From a virus: 64,000 nt of DNA. The stretch covers positions 32,001-96,000 of IMG/VR virus record IMGVR_UViG_3300048590_000661, one strand, 5' to 3'. Position 1 is the stretch's first letter. Every line of letters begins with the position of its first letter. The notes below the pieces were generated by a model that was not told the origin of the DNA, did not search any database, and worked only from the letters and a program-made list of their open reading frames with translations. Made by a program: the position numbers and the translations under genes. Of the stretch, positions 29,501-39,814 are shown piece after piece.

Positions 29501-30286
29501 TTAAATTTGACATGATTTTAAAACTCCCAATAATTCATTGCGATATTTATATTCTTTATTAGTAAATTTTTCTAAATCGTCTAATGTATTAGTTAGTTTT
29601 TTAGGGTATATTTTATGAAAGTCTTCATGGCAAGTTTTGCAAAGTGTGAGTAAATTATATGGCTCAAATTTTAAGTCTGGATAGGTAGCAAAATCAAATA
29701 TATGGTGAACTTCTAAATACCCGCTACATTGGTTACATTTTTGGCATGTATAACCGTCTCTTTCGCGAATTAATGGATTGATTTGTTTTTTTAATATGGC
29801 TCTATCTAATTCGTTTTGAGGGGATATTTTACTATCCCCCTTCCATTTAGGGCTTGCTTCACCAACATTTAACTTATTTCGATTTATTGTTACATCTCTG
29901 TTATAGCATCCGCAAGATTTTGTATCTCCATTTTTCAAACTAAACCCAACAATTACTTTTTCATTTCCGCATGTGCATTTGCATAAATAGTGCCAGTCAC
30001 TACTATTATTTTGTGAATGTTTTGCTATTACTGTCAATCTACCAAATTTTTGCCCTACTAATTCATCAGCTTTAATGGCGTGCCTTTTTGATGTGGCGCA
30101 ACTAGTGCAACAAAAACTATAAATTTTACTTGTTAAACTACTTAATGCAACATCATATTCTCTATTGCACAATAAACATTCACAACGAAAATATCTATTT
30201 TTGCATTTTTTATCTATCTCTTTAATTACTTTCCAATGTTTATTTGGAAGTACTTCACCTGTGGTAATCTCTATAATTCTGCGCAT
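29501..30286 (-). CDS. HNH homing endonuclease, copy 2 (A-B-HNH)
   Basis: WKVIKEIDK..RYFRCEC; GQKFGRLTV...TKSCGC; RDGYTCQKC...HHI...NLLTLC..CH. Confidence 0.85.
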   Translation of the reverse strand: MRRIIEITTGEVLPNKHWKVIKEIDKKCKNRYFRCECLLCNREYDVALSSLTSKIYSFCCTSCATSKRHAIKADELVGQKFGRLTVIAKHSQNNSSDWHYLCKCTCGNEKVIVGFSLKNGDTKSCGCYNRDVTINRNKLNVGEASPKWKGDSKISPQNELDRAILKKQINPLIRERDGYTCQKCNQCSGYLEVHHIFDFATYPDLKFEPYNLLTLCKTCHEDFHKIYPKKLTNTLDDLEKFTNKEYKYRNELLGVLKSCQI

Positions 30287-30290
30287 TTGA

Positions 30291-30740
30291 TTATTTTAAT
30301 TTAAATATTAATACATTAGCCGGCAATCCTTCTAATAAATATTCGACATCGGCAATTCGCAAATTACCAAGCCCAATTCCAGGGTAAACAATGCCAATTA
30401 ATTTACTTCTATTTGCATTAGCAAAAATTGTTAATTTACTTAGTGCAAATTTAATAATTTCTACACTACTATTGTCTTTAAAATGGTATTTAGTTTGTAA
30501 TGCTCCAATTCGATATTCTGAATTAAATATAAACCCATAAGAATATACACCATTAGTTTTCTTATAGTTAGCCATAATATCACTGCCTAAAAGTGATGGT
30601 AAATAGGGGTACATATCCTTGACTATCCTAGCTGTGCCAGCACCCATTACTAAGTGACCATTACTTTTAACAACACCATTACTTGTAAAACACTTTACAT
30701 CCACATTGGATGTATATAGGTCTTCATAGATTATGTTCAT
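30291..30740 (-). CDS. macro domain (ADP-ribose-binding/hydrolase) protein
   Basis: TSNG....G..VMGAGTA...YP...TKYHFK..S...PGIGLGNL. Start refined to MNIIYEDL. Confidence 0.8.
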   Translation of the reverse strand: MNIIYEDLYTSNVDVKCFTSNGVVKSNGHLVMGAGTARIVKDMYPYLPSLLGSDIMANYKKTNGVYSYGFIFNSEYRIGALQTKYHFKDNSSVEIIKFALSKLTIFANANRSKLIGIVYPGIGLGNLRIADVEYLLEGLPANVLIFKLK

Positions 30741-30744
30741 AGTT

Positions 30745-30999
30745 TTATTGATGATAGATATTTGGTAAATATAATTGACATACGCCATTAACCATATCTG
30801 TACACCCCTTTTCTGGTGTATTAGTGTTCGTTGGTAACGGTTGCAATGTAATACTAATCTTTGTGTTTGTTGGCGTTGGGGTTAACGTAAATAAACTAAG
30901 TGTAGGAGTAACTTGCACCATAGCCACACTATTTGTAAACCCACTATTCATAATTAATACTACAAACCCAATAGTTAGTAATGCTAAAAACTTATTCAT
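30745..30999 (-). CDS. small secreted Pro/Thr-rich protein with C-terminal LYLP motif
   Basis: Signal peptide, TPTPT linker, ends CQLYLPNIYHQ. Confidence 0.65.
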   Translation of the reverse strand: MNKFLALLTIGFVVLIMNSGFTNSVAMVQVTPTLSLFTLTPTPTNTKISITLQPLPTNTNTPEKGCTDMVNGVCQLYLPNIYHQ

Positions 31000-31014
31000 T
31001 ATATTCCTTTTCTA

Positions 31015-32220
31015 TTAAAAACCAGCTTGCCCTTCAAGCTCAACTAAATTATACCATTCTACTTTCATTTCATCCCAATTAAATTTAGCGTATATTGATG
31101 CCTTGTCACCATTCCTATTTTTACTACTATAATATTTGAAGTAATTTTCTCCATTAATGGTTACAGCACTACTAGCTGTCATATTGACTGCATCTTGCCC
31201 AATACTATATGCTAACCCTAAATCTTCTGGCGTAGGTTCATCCGTTTTTGCTGCCCCACGATTCCCTTGTGTAACTGCAAAAACAGGGATTTCATGGTTA
31301 AGCGTAAATAATCTAACGTCCCTGCTAACTTCACCTAATTGTACCGTTTTTTGTGATTGGTCAATTGCGTTTCCTTTACCCATTAAATGTAACCCATCAA
31401 TAGCAATAACATCAATTGGTGTATCTAAGTTCTCTAAAATAGGCAATAGTTGACTAGGGTGTGAAATTGTGCCAGCTACCTTAATACGTGGTCCGGTGTT
31501 CGTCTCAGAGTTAAGTGCTACTAATTTATTTCGCTGCTCATCTGTAAATTTTAAGTTGCGGAATAGTTTAGGATTAATCCCTAAACGCATAGCATCTAAC
31601 TTTGCAATAAATTCTCTAGGTGCCATTTCATTAGAGAATACTAAGATATTTTGGTTTTGTGTTTTGTGTAATTTATGTAGTAGATATAATAATAGATTAG
31701 TTTTACCATTCCCTAGCGCACCAAAGATAATATTATAATCACTACTGTGTACTCCACCGAATGTATCATCAAACCATTTAATACCAAATGGGATACGAGC
31801 AGATTCGTCTAGATGTAAATTGCGGTCAAAATCATCATAATCAATAATATCAATTCGTATTGGCTGGCATTTTTTTGTAATGTCTAACAAAAATCCAGGT
31901 TCGTAAATATTTTGTCCACTTTGTTGTGCATTGAGTATTTGGCTCTTAATATACCCTTCTTGTCTATCATTTATGATTGTATCTACAGCGTATTCCATTG
32001 GAATATCAGTTGCTAAATGGTCAATCCTAAAATGCTTATATTTTTCTTTGAATATATCTAATGAAGGTCGTTGGCCATAAATAGTAGCGAAGTCTTCGAT
32101 AAATTTAATATATTGTTTTTCAACTTCATTAAATAGTACTGGTGGGATTTTCTTTAAGAAAGTATATTCTTTTTTATCTTGTAGACCACGAACTAATAAG
32201 CTATTAAATGTGTACACCAT
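31015..32220 (-). CDS. dnaB: DnaB-like replicative helicase
   Basis: Walker A GALGNGKT, FSNEM, IAIDGLHLM, TQGNR, IGQDA, KNRNG. Confidence 0.85.
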   Translation of the reverse strand: MVYTFNSLLVRGLQDKKEYTFLKKIPPVLFNEVEKQYIKFIEDFATIYGQRPSLDIFKEKYKHFRIDHLATDIPMEYAVDTIINDRQEGYIKSQILNAQQSGQNIYEPGFLLDITKKCQPIRIDIIDYDDFDRNLHLDESARIPFGIKWFDDTFGGVHSSDYNIIFGALGNGKTNLLLYLLHKLHKTQNQNILVFSNEMAPREFIAKLDAMRLGINPKLFRNLKFTDEQRNKLVALNSETNTGPRIKVAGTISHPSQLLPILENLDTPIDVIAIDGLHLMGKGNAIDQSQKTVQLGEVSRDVRLFTLNHEIPVFAVTQGNRGAAKTDEPTPEDLGLAYSIGQDAVNMTASSAVTINGENYFKYYSSKNRNGDKASIYAKFNWDEMKVEWYNLVELEGQAGF

Positions 32221-32738
32221 TATTGAAACTTCTCCATAGAAAAAACCGCTGTATTATAATATGATTGTAATTCTTCAAAAGACTCTTCTGCTAAAGCAAC
32301 TTCTTCACTAGTATCATCAATATATTTAACTACATTAACAAATACATATGTAAATCCTTTATCAACTTTATAATTTTTAAAATTCATAAAATCACTAAGA
32401 TTATAGTCCCACCAAAAATCGTTAATAGGGCCGCATAAATACCATTCATTAATCTCATTTTTTAGTAATTCACTATTAAAAAATGAACCTGAAATAGTTA
32501 CTTTTAATCGTTTAATATACTTAACTTTACCTAATTTACTATTATCTACCAGTATTTCACCTTCGCCCATCACATGAGATAATCCTGTTGCCAATAATGC
32601 ATAATTTTCTAGCGACATTTTCATATCTACTAACTCATTACCATTAACACCATCGTAAATTCGCAAATATATATGGTCGCAATCCATATTACTATTTACT
32701 CTACTAATCGTAGCCTTTAGAGGAATACTATTGCCCAT
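32220..32738 (-). CDS. hypothetical protein
   Basis: 172-aa ORF coupled between dnaE and the helicase gene. Confidence 0.6.
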   Translation of the reverse strand: MGNSIPLKATISRVNSNMDCDHIYLRIYDGVNGNELVDMKMSLENYALLATGLSHVMGEGEILVDNSKLGKVKYIKRLKVTISGSFFNSELLKNEINEWYLCGPINDFWWDYNLSDFMNFKNYKVDKGFTYVFVNVVKYIDDTSEEVALAEESFEELQSYYNTAVFSMEKFQ

Positions 32739-35691
32739 ATAATTTAAACCTTTCCTTGAATTTCATGTAGACCTTATTAAACTCATCTTCTGTATAAGGT
32801 AAGCGATATACGCTTTCAGCTAACCCAAATGTGCGATTATTTCTAATCATATATTTTACACCCACGAATGTACCTGCTGGAATAGGTTCACTATTTTCAT
32901 TTACATATGTCCAGAAGTTTCCCATTGGATGTAAATTGTAACTTAAATAAGGATGCCCATTTTTAGTCTTCTTGGTTTTATGACTTTTTACGAACCCTAT
33001 TGCACTATACTGCTTATCAATGCTACCTTCAATTTTGTCTACAATAAATTTATTTGGAATGACAAACTGCATAGCATCAAATTGTAATTCCTCAAACCCG
33101 CCATCTGGAATTTCTTCAACCTTGAATACTTTTGTAATATCTTGTATATCAGGTAAGCCACCAATTTGATATAACCGTCTTAATGTTGACTTATTTACTT
33201 TACGACCATCTAGTCGTTTAAAATCTTCTAGCGTAGCAAACATCCTATCTTCTAGCATTTCCCTAGTTTCAATAATATGCACTACCCCTTTATCAGATAG
33301 TCGGTAAATAGTCTGTAGTGGCAAATAAATCTTTTTATCCTTTAGCTCATAATTATCAGTACTAACATTAATATGTGGTAATTCTATTGGAATATTATCT
33401 TGCACAGCATAATAAAGGATTTTTTGGGCATCTAAATTGCCGTTATGTTTGTCTACCTGTAATAATGCCGTGTAATATTCTGTTGGATAATGATGTAAAT
33501 ACCACGCATCTTTGATTGCGTGAAATGCGTAGGCGGCTGCGTGACTGCGGTTAAAACTATATCGAGTATGTGTAAGTAATTCTTTCCATACTTCATCTAA
33601 TAGGTGTTTATTCCAAGAATTAACAATACCTAAGTTCATGTATTCAACTTCTACAGCATCCTTTTCTTTGATCCAATCAGGGTCCGTTAATTTCTTTGCA
33701 GACTTTGGTGATAGAATACGTCTAGCCAAATCAGCACCTAATAAACCTGTACCAGTAATTAAGGCATAGATTGACATCACCTGTTCCTGGTAGATAATAA
33801 CGCCATATGTGTCTTTCAGAATAGCGTCAATTTCAGGATGAATAGTACGCTGTCCATTTTCTTTTAATTCGGCGTAAATTTGGGCGGTGCCTGCGTCTAA
33901 CGCCCCTGGTCTATATAGGCTAATGGCTGCTACAATATCATTATAATGGGTAGGTTTAATAGCCTTAGTAAGTGAACGAATACCATCACTAGCGTCTACT
34001 TGGAAAAAACCTAACATCTTACCTTTCTGAAATGTTTCTTGAAACATTTCTAGCGGATAATCTTCAGGATTTTTAGGTGGCATTACACCAGTCAAATTAT
34101 ACATCATTCGTTGACGATCAAGCTCACGAATACCTAGGATATCAATCTTTACTACCCCAATTTTACTAAGCTCTTTATCATTTCCTTCAGTAAGACTAAT
34201 AATGCCATTTTCTAGCGGTAATTTAATTGTGGTATTTGTAGAGCCTACCGCACCCGCATGTTGTCCACGTTGGCGAATTTGTCCAATACAAACATTATAG
34301 AATGTTTCGGCTTCTGGATATTCTTTAGCCAATACTTGAAATGGTTCGCAATCTTCTGTATTATCATATTCACAAATAAGTCGTTCTAGCTTACTAATAT
34401 CTTTAAATCCAGGAACAGAATCAATATCAAATACTCGAAAGATGTCATGGATTAAAGATTTATGTGAATAGCGAGAATATGTAGATACACCTACCATACC
34501 CCAACGCTTATTAAGGTACTCTAATACTTTATCACGTTGTAAAGTCTCGATATCTAAATCCACATCAGGGTAATCAGAACGACTAATATTTAAGAACCGT
34601 TCAAATAGAAGACCATATTGAATTGGATCGATGTCTGCGATTCCTAATAGGTAAATTAGATAACTACCACCACCACTACCACGTAAACTAACAAAGATGT
34701 TTTCACGTTGGCAGAATAACGCTAAATCATAAATGATATATAAGTAATCTAGGAATTTTTTAGATTCAAATACACCATATTCTAATTCAAACCTGTCAAT
34801 ACGCTCTTTACTATTACCATCATTACGAAGTTTATTTAGCAAGTAATCACGCATATTACTATATTCTTCATCTGTAATATGCGGTAATTGTGGCTCATTT
34901 GCTAAGTCAATCTTCTCTACGCTATCAGCAATAGTATTTGTTAATGTTAATGCGTCATCAATAAGTGATTCATATTCATTACCCATGTAATTCATGGCAA
35001 AGGTTTTCATTTCTTCGCCAGTCTTTACATATAGTTCACTACTTGAATAATCAAACCCTTTACGTGCTACTGTTAATTTAGGGTGTAGTGGTGCATATTC
35101 ACCTTTTGCAAAATGACAGTCGTTAGTAATAACAGGTTTAATAGCTAAATCATTACAGACTTGTAAAACGCGGTCTACATAGAGACTTTTATCGTCCATA
35201 GTAAACATTAGCTCACCGAATACGCTATTACGTCCATATGTATTAACAAGAAAATCTACATATTCATACCCTACATTATAATCTGACATAAATAAAGCAC
35301 TAGCTGGGCAACCTGTCAAAGTAATTAAATCAGCACTATATTCAACCATCATATCAGGCGTAATACATGGCTTCCCCCTATTCATGTTGCCTTGACTAGC
35401 GTTAGATAACTCAATCAAGTTATTAAGCCCATCTTTGGTTTTGGCAAGGATTGTAATATGGTTAGTTTTATCTTCCTTATAACGAAGATAGAACTCGCAA
35501 CCAAAGATGGGCTTAATGCCATGCTTTTTACATTGTAGCCAGTGTTGGACTAAATTACCTAACGTGCCATGATCAGTAATCGCTAACGCCTTCTGCCCAA
35601 TATTGGCTACATGTGTAATTAGGTCTTCAATGTTGCCCATACCATCAGGAGAAAATTCAGAATGACAATGTAAATGCACAAAGTCTAACAT
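32728..35691 (-). CDS. dnaE: DNA polymerase III alpha subunit
   Basis: PHP domain HLHCHSEFS...ITDHG, RGSGGGS, LLFERF, PDVDLD, HAG, KIDILG, YRPG, YQEQ, FNRSHA. Confidence 0.95.
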   Translation of the reverse strand: MLDFVHLHCHSEFSPDGMGNIEDLITHVANIGQKALAITDHGTLGNLVQHWLQCKKHGIKPIFGCEFYLRYKEDKTNHITILAKTKDGLNNLIELSNASQGNMNRGKPCITPDMMVEYSADLITLTGCPASALFMSDYNVGYEYVDFLVNTYGRNSVFGELMFTMDDKSLYVDRVLQVCNDLAIKPVITNDCHFAKGEYAPLHPKLTVARKGFDYSSSELYVKTGEEMKTFAMNYMGNEYESLIDDALTLTNTIADSVEKIDLANEPQLPHITDEEYSNMRDYLLNKLRNDGNSKERIDRFELEYGVFESKKFLDYLYIIYDLALFCQRENIFVSLRGSGGGSYLIYLLGIADIDPIQYGLLFERFLNISRSDYPDVDLDIETLQRDKVLEYLNKRWGMVGVSTYSRYSHKSLIHDIFRVFDIDSVPGFKDISKLERLICEYDNTEDCEPFQVLAKEYPEAETFYNVCIGQIRQRGQHAGAVGSTNTTIKLPLENGIISLTEGNDKELSKIGVVKIDILGIRELDRQRMMYNLTGVMPPKNPEDYPLEMFQETFQKGKMLGFFQVDASDGIRSLTKAIKPTHYNDIVAAISLYRPGALDAGTAQIYAELKENGQRTIHPEIDAILKDTYGVIIYQEQVMSIYALITGTGLLGADLARRILSPKSAKKLTDPDWIKEKDAVEVEYMNLGIVNSWNKHLLDEVWKELLTHTRYSFNRSHAAAYAFHAIKDAWYLHHYPTEYYTALLQVDKHNGNLDAQKILYYAVQDNIPIELPHINVSTDNYELKDKKIYLPLQTIYRLSDKGVVHIIETREMLEDRMFATLEDFKRLDGRKVNKSTLRRLYQIGGLPDIQDITKVFKVEEIPDGGFEELQFDAMQFVIPNKFIVDKIEGSIDKQYSAIGFVKSHKTKKTKNGHPYLSYNLHPMGNFWTYVNENSEPIPAGTFVGVKYMIRNNRTFGLAESVYRLPYTEDEFNKVYMKFKERFKLYGQ

Positions 35692-35700
35692 AAGATTCCT

Positions 35701-37005
35701 TTAGCTCATCGTTTCCAAGTCTACAAATTTTTCACTTTGTTTTGCAATACCTTCAGCTTCAGAAAACATATTACTTTTGAATTTCACAAAATTACATGCT
35801 TCTGTATTATCGTTACGCACTACTACCCCTTCAAGTAAGCCGCCATATGAATAAGGGTTAGCGTTGCAATATTCTAGTACTTTATCCACAATTTCTTTTG
35901 GATTACCTGAATAAATGAACTGGTCTACTAATGGAACAAATAACAGGTTACGTGCTTCACAATATGTCATCAGTTCTTCATATGTGTATTCATAATGCTT
36001 ATCATATGGAAAATCTACCGTAATACGATAAACTACTACCTTATATTCTCCAGGTTGACAACCGTAGTCATAATGGTATTGTTTACCATCTAGAGTATGA
36101 ACAGGCATAATAGGTTTGCCATTAGGTAAATAGCCTACAATTTCATAATATACTGTGTGAAAACTTGGTGTGTGCTCAATTAGGCTATTATGGATATCTA
36201 CTCGCCAATCTTCGCTTCCATAATATCCCTCTGGAAGCATTTTATTTAAATAGGAATCAAACACGATTCTTCGGCGGCTACCAGATTGGGCTACTGGAAT
36301 TTGAATTTCACTAGTAAACTTAAAATCTAGATTCCATGTCCAATATTCTTTATTCCAGGGTCTAACTAACTTTGTTAAAAAGAAACGCCCAGTTCGCCCA
36401 CTCGTACCATGCCATTTTTCTGTAATAGTAATCTTGTCACCTTCTTTAAATTTACCTAGTGCATGAACAAGTTGTGGCGTGTCAATATGTTCTTGGATTT
36501 GAGAGATACCAATTACTTTAGGTGCAAAGAATTTGCGAATCTTATTAAGAATACTAAAACGGCTTTTCTTGCTAGGATTACTAACGATATTAATATATTT
36601 CTTTTCAGCAGGCGTAAGGTATTTATTACATAAATGGCGGCCATCTAATTCAGATACTAATTGACCTTCATTTAAATTATAAGAGGAATCTAACTTAAAT
36701 AAAAACCCTTCGCTATATTCACCACGCAACTTAAGGATTTTAACTTTCCCATTAGCCTCAAAGAACCCGTTCCATTTTTCATCCAAGTTATCGGGGTTTT
36801 TGCGATATAGTTTATGCTCTTTTAAGAACCAATCCGATATTTGTGTATCTGGCATAAAATATAAACAAATATCACCATGATTATAGATTCCTTTTTGGAT
36901 AGCAATTTGTGCGCCATTAAAACGATATAATTCTAATTTATCCGCGTTCGGATGGGGAAACTTATTAGTTTCATCAATCGTAATTACTAATGCTTCGTAT
37001 GCCAT
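35701..37005 (-). CDS. RNA ligase (DRB0094/Rnl-like with N-terminal OB domain)
   Basis: HPNADKL...KLRG..SEG N-terminal domain; TEKWHGTS adenylation motif; YYEIVG; EGVVVR; K.K. Confidence 0.85.
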   Translation of the reverse strand: MAYEALVITIDETNKFPHPNADKLELYRFNGAQIAIQKGIYNHGDICLYFMPDTQISDWFLKEHKLYRKNPDNLDEKWNGFFEANGKVKILKLRGEYSEGFLFKLDSSYNLNEGQLVSELDGRHLCNKYLTPAEKKYINIVSNPSKKSRFSILNKIRKFFAPKVIGISQIQEHIDTPQLVHALGKFKEGDKITITEKWHGTSGRTGRFFLTKLVRPWNKEYWTWNLDFKFTSEIQIPVAQSGSRRRIVFDSYLNKMLPEGYYGSEDWRVDIHNSLIEHTPSFHTVYYEIVGYLPNGKPIMPVHTLDGKQYHYDYGCQPGEYKVVVYRITVDFPYDKHYEYTYEELMTYCEARNLLFVPLVDQFIYSGNPKEIVDKVLEYCNANPYSYGGLLEGVVVRNDNTEACNFVKFKSNMFSEAEGIAKQSEKFVDLETMS

Positions 37006-37007
37006 AA

Positions 37008-37238
37008 TTAGCCTTTCGTTTCTTGAAAGAAAGAGGTAAACAAATAAACCAACCTAAATGTTAATTGTCGTTTATTTGCATAATCAAAAATACTATACCA
37101 AGTGAGTGAACCTTTATCGCTAATACTGATTTCTGCAATATTAAAATCTAGTAGTTTAGCGATAGTAATCGCCTCAACACTTGTTGGGAATACATTAATA
37201 AATTTATTTTTAATTTCGTTTTCTAGCGGCATATTCAT
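37008..37238 (-). CDS. stand-alone effector-associated domain (EAD1-like) protein
   Basis: Helical pattern F..VFPT..EA..IA..L.F....I.......W.SIF..A.K......LV resembles EAD1; recognised by eye only. Confidence 0.5.
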   Translation of the reverse strand: MNMPLENEIKNKFINVFPTSVEAITIAKLLDFNIAEISISDKGSLTWYSIFDYANKRQLTFRLVYLFTSFFQETKG

Positions 37239-37320
37239 AGCCTTTTTGAAATAAAAAAGAAAGAATAAATTAATAATATTTTTTCTTATACTTGCAATTC
37301 TATTCCATATTATATAATAG

Positions 37321-37626
37321 TTAAATCAAATACTGATAAATAGCCTTCTTCAAATTACTATCTAAGTCTAAAAATCCTCTTGGGAACTCTTCACGGTTTG
37401 CTTTATCTTTGCTTAACCGGATTACTTTATCTTCATATAAGAACACTACTTGATTTTGGTGAATATCACCTTGCGCTACCGCTAAATAGACTCGCCAAAA
37501 AATATTTTCAGTAGAGAAAACTAACTCTGTACTAGAATCTTTATGTGCAAGTACCCTGCGATTCACATCTTCAATTTCCCAATCGTTGACAGCAATACCA
37601 TCTTTACTGTATCTCATTTTAATCAT
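37321..37626 (-). CDS. hypothetical protein
   Basis: 101-aa ORF with ATGA overlap. Confidence 0.6.
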   Translation of the reverse strand: MIKMRYSKDGIAVNDWEIEDVNRRVLAHKDSSTELVFSTENIFWRVYLAVAQGDIHQNQVVFLYEDKVIRLSKDKANREEFPRGFLDLDSNLKKAIYQYLI

Positions 37627-37949
37627 AATTTAGTTAAAATTTCCTTTGCGTCTTTAGCATCTAATATGGCAATGTCTTCCATCATTTGTCCACTGTCATC
37701 AAGCAATACGCCAAACAATAGTCTATTATTAATAGGCATTAATTTAACGACTACTAAATTACCATGTTTATCATAAAAACTATATTGATAGTCATATGGT
37801 AAATTCTGATTAATAAATCGCATTAATGTATGTTTGATATACTCTACATCAGAAGTACCTAAAATAGCTGGTATTGCTGTATAGTCTGTGTGGTATAGCC
37901 CAATTTTAATATTTAAGTCAGAGTGAACTACTATGAAATTATCTTGCAT
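37623..37949 (-). CDS. hypothetical protein
   Basis: 108-aa ORF in the operon. Confidence 0.55.
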   Translation of the reverse strand: MQDNFIVVHSDLNIKIGLYHTDYTAIPAILGTSDVEYIKHTLMRFINQNLPYDYQYSFYDKHGNLVVVKLMPINNRLLFGVLLDDSGQMMEDIAILDAKDAKEILTKL

Positions 37950-38419
37950 GTTTTAGGTAGCCTTTCTAACTTATTTTTGTATATAACCATTGCGATTGCA
38001 TCAGTATGATTATTTGTTAGTTTAGGAAGTTTATAATACTCTTTTAAATATTCCCAAATAACCATTTTCTTTTTGCTTTTTTTATGTTTAGTTGCAGCTA
38101 GTTTTTCTTTAAGGTCAAATGTTTTTATGAACCAACTTTGATAACTAGTTGGGTTAATTAATTCTATTTTTTTATCTAATTCTAATAATTTGAATTTAAT
38201 ATACCCAATTCGCTCTACTAAACTATTTATGGTGGCACTACTATTACCACTACCAAAATAGACAAACTGTTCAATAAGAACGTCTGTATCTTTGCCAACA
38301 AATTTATTGATAGCTTTGAATTGCGTAATAGGGTTAACACTAGCGATTTCAGTAACCGTTAGACTATTACGATTATATTTACATAACCCCGTAGTAGTAG
38401 CAATATCTAACGCTATCAC
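37931..38419 (-). CDS. RuvC-like Holliday junction resolvase
   Basis: IALD....G...IEQ...P..Y....K......N.TDAIAM RNase H-fold catalytic pattern. Confidence 0.7.
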   Translation of the reverse strand: MIALDIATTTGLCKYNRNSLTVTEIASVNPITQFKAINKFVGKDTDVLIEQFVYFGSGNSSATINSLVERIGYIKFKLLELDKKIELINPTSYQSWFIKTFDLKEKLAATKHKKSKKKMVIWEYLKEYYKLPKLTNNHTDAIAMVIYKNKLERLPKTCKIIS

Positions 38420-38742
38420 TCAAACACACTTGTGCTTTCTAGAATCTGCTCAGATTGTATAATTTCTGGTAAAACTTCTTTTTTATATATAGTATTTCCA
38501 TCTACAGAAACGCCTAATACCTCATTAGTACATTTATCTAAAGTTATTGTACCTGTAATAACTACTGGCTTATTAAGGATTTTTTGTTCTGTAGTAGATG
38601 AAGAAAACACACCATATATAATCATGTTGTCAAATGATGTAGTTTCTATCCAACAATCTTCTTCTTGTGCGTTACCAATATTGTTAACTAATAATAAATA
38701 ACCTAACAAAATTGCTAATGTAATCGTTAATGGTACTTTCAT
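38416..38742 (-). CDS. secreted hypothetical protein
   Basis: N-terminal signal peptide ending GNA. Confidence 0.55.
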   Translation of the reverse strand: MKVPLTITLAILLGYLLLVNNIGNAQEEDCWIETTSFDNMIIYGVFSSSTTEQKILNKPVVITGTITLDKCTNEVLGVSVDGNTIYKKEVLPEIIQSEQILESTSVFE

Positions 38743-38753
38743 GGTTTTCCCTT

Positions 38754-38791
38754 GCCTAGCTAGGTAGATATATCTTTTTACCTAGCTAGGC
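38754..38791. terminator. 13-bp hairpin after the ssb-like gene
   Basis: GCCTAGCTAGGTA-N12-TACCTAGCTAGGC. Confidence 0.55.
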
Positions 38792-38809
38792 TAACATCAA
38801 AATATTATA

Positions 38810-39661
38810 CTAAAAGTCAGTTTGCTCACTCTTTTCTAACTTAACGTTTGTAAATACGTTATATCGCTCAACGAACTCTTCCCACGTTAACCCTGTTAAT
38901 CCTGTAATATAGGCACGCACATTATCAGGGTTATATTCACCGCCATTTACTTCCATAAACAACTTTTCAATACCAGAAATTGCATGGGTATGAAGTGCTG
39001 TTACTACTTCATTAAAATCAGGGAAGCTACTAACATCAACAAACGAAAGAACTTCACTGCGGTACTTTTCGTTGTTGTTCTTATTCAACAAATCCTTTGT
39101 TATCTTAAATACTCGCCCGAACATATCAGCATTATCAGAATCTAGAATAGCATCGCGAGTAGCTTCAGACTGGATCTTTTGCATGACACTATCTGTTACA
39201 ATAAGTACCATTGCTTCGCCGTTGGCGATATCATAAGTCTTGCCTGTTTTATTCACCAAAATCACAGGCAAAAACCAATCCGTTTGTGGGCGAGTTTGTG
39301 CAAAACCCTTTCCTTGCCAAATCTGTGCCACACGGTCTGCGCTTTGATCCTTTGCTTTAAGATGTAAACCTAAATCTTCAATCGGATCACCCTTACCAGT
39401 ATGCAACCATTGAACATACTTTGAAGTAGTATCAGGTACTTCATGTACATAAATAGAACAATAGCGCTTAGGAAGCGGTGGATGCTCCATAGCCATTAAT
39501 GAATCATCATCCAATTGCAACCCTTTATCACCTACATTCTTACCAAAGAGCGCTACAAAATAATAGTCGCCTTTAGAGAACTTTTCATTTTTGCCACCAC
39601 CAAAATTCTGATATTGTACTGTTGGAGCCATTTTAGGTCGATTTTGAAGAAAACTTGCCAT
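38810..39661 (-). CDS. putative single-stranded DNA-binding protein
   Basis: 283 aa, own consensus promoter and downstream hairpin, located in the replication block, acidic/aromatic end (EQTDF). Function is inferred from context. Confidence 0.4.
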   Translation of the reverse strand: MASFLQNRPKMAPTVQYQNFGGGKNEKFSKGDYYFVALFGKNVGDKGLQLDDDSLMAMEHPPLPKRYCSIYVHEVPDTTSKYVQWLHTGKGDPIEDLGLHLKAKDQSADRVAQIWQGKGFAQTRPQTDWFLPVILVNKTGKTYDIANGEAMVLIVTDSVMQKIQSEATRDAILDSDNADMFGRVFKITKDLLNKNNNEKYRSEVLSFVDVSSFPDFNEVVTALHTHAISGIEKLFMEVNGGEYNPDNVRAYITGLTGLTWEEFVERYNVFTNVKLEKSEQTDF

Positions 39662-39782
39662 TTTATTATTTATCCTTTTCTTTTAATTTAATGAGTTTGA
39701 AATATTTTTTTAGTATTTTAGTTTAATGTTTAATATATTTTTGTCGTTACTTTTCTCCTTCATAAACGTCTTTCGTCTCTAT

Positions 39783-39811
39783 ATTATACCACAGAACCAC
39801 TAAATTGTCAA
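39783..39811 (-). promoter_or_regulatory. sigma70-type promoter with extended -10
   Basis: TTGACA-17-TATAAT, with TGTGG immediately before the -10. Confidence 0.8.
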
Positions 39812-39814
39812 GCT

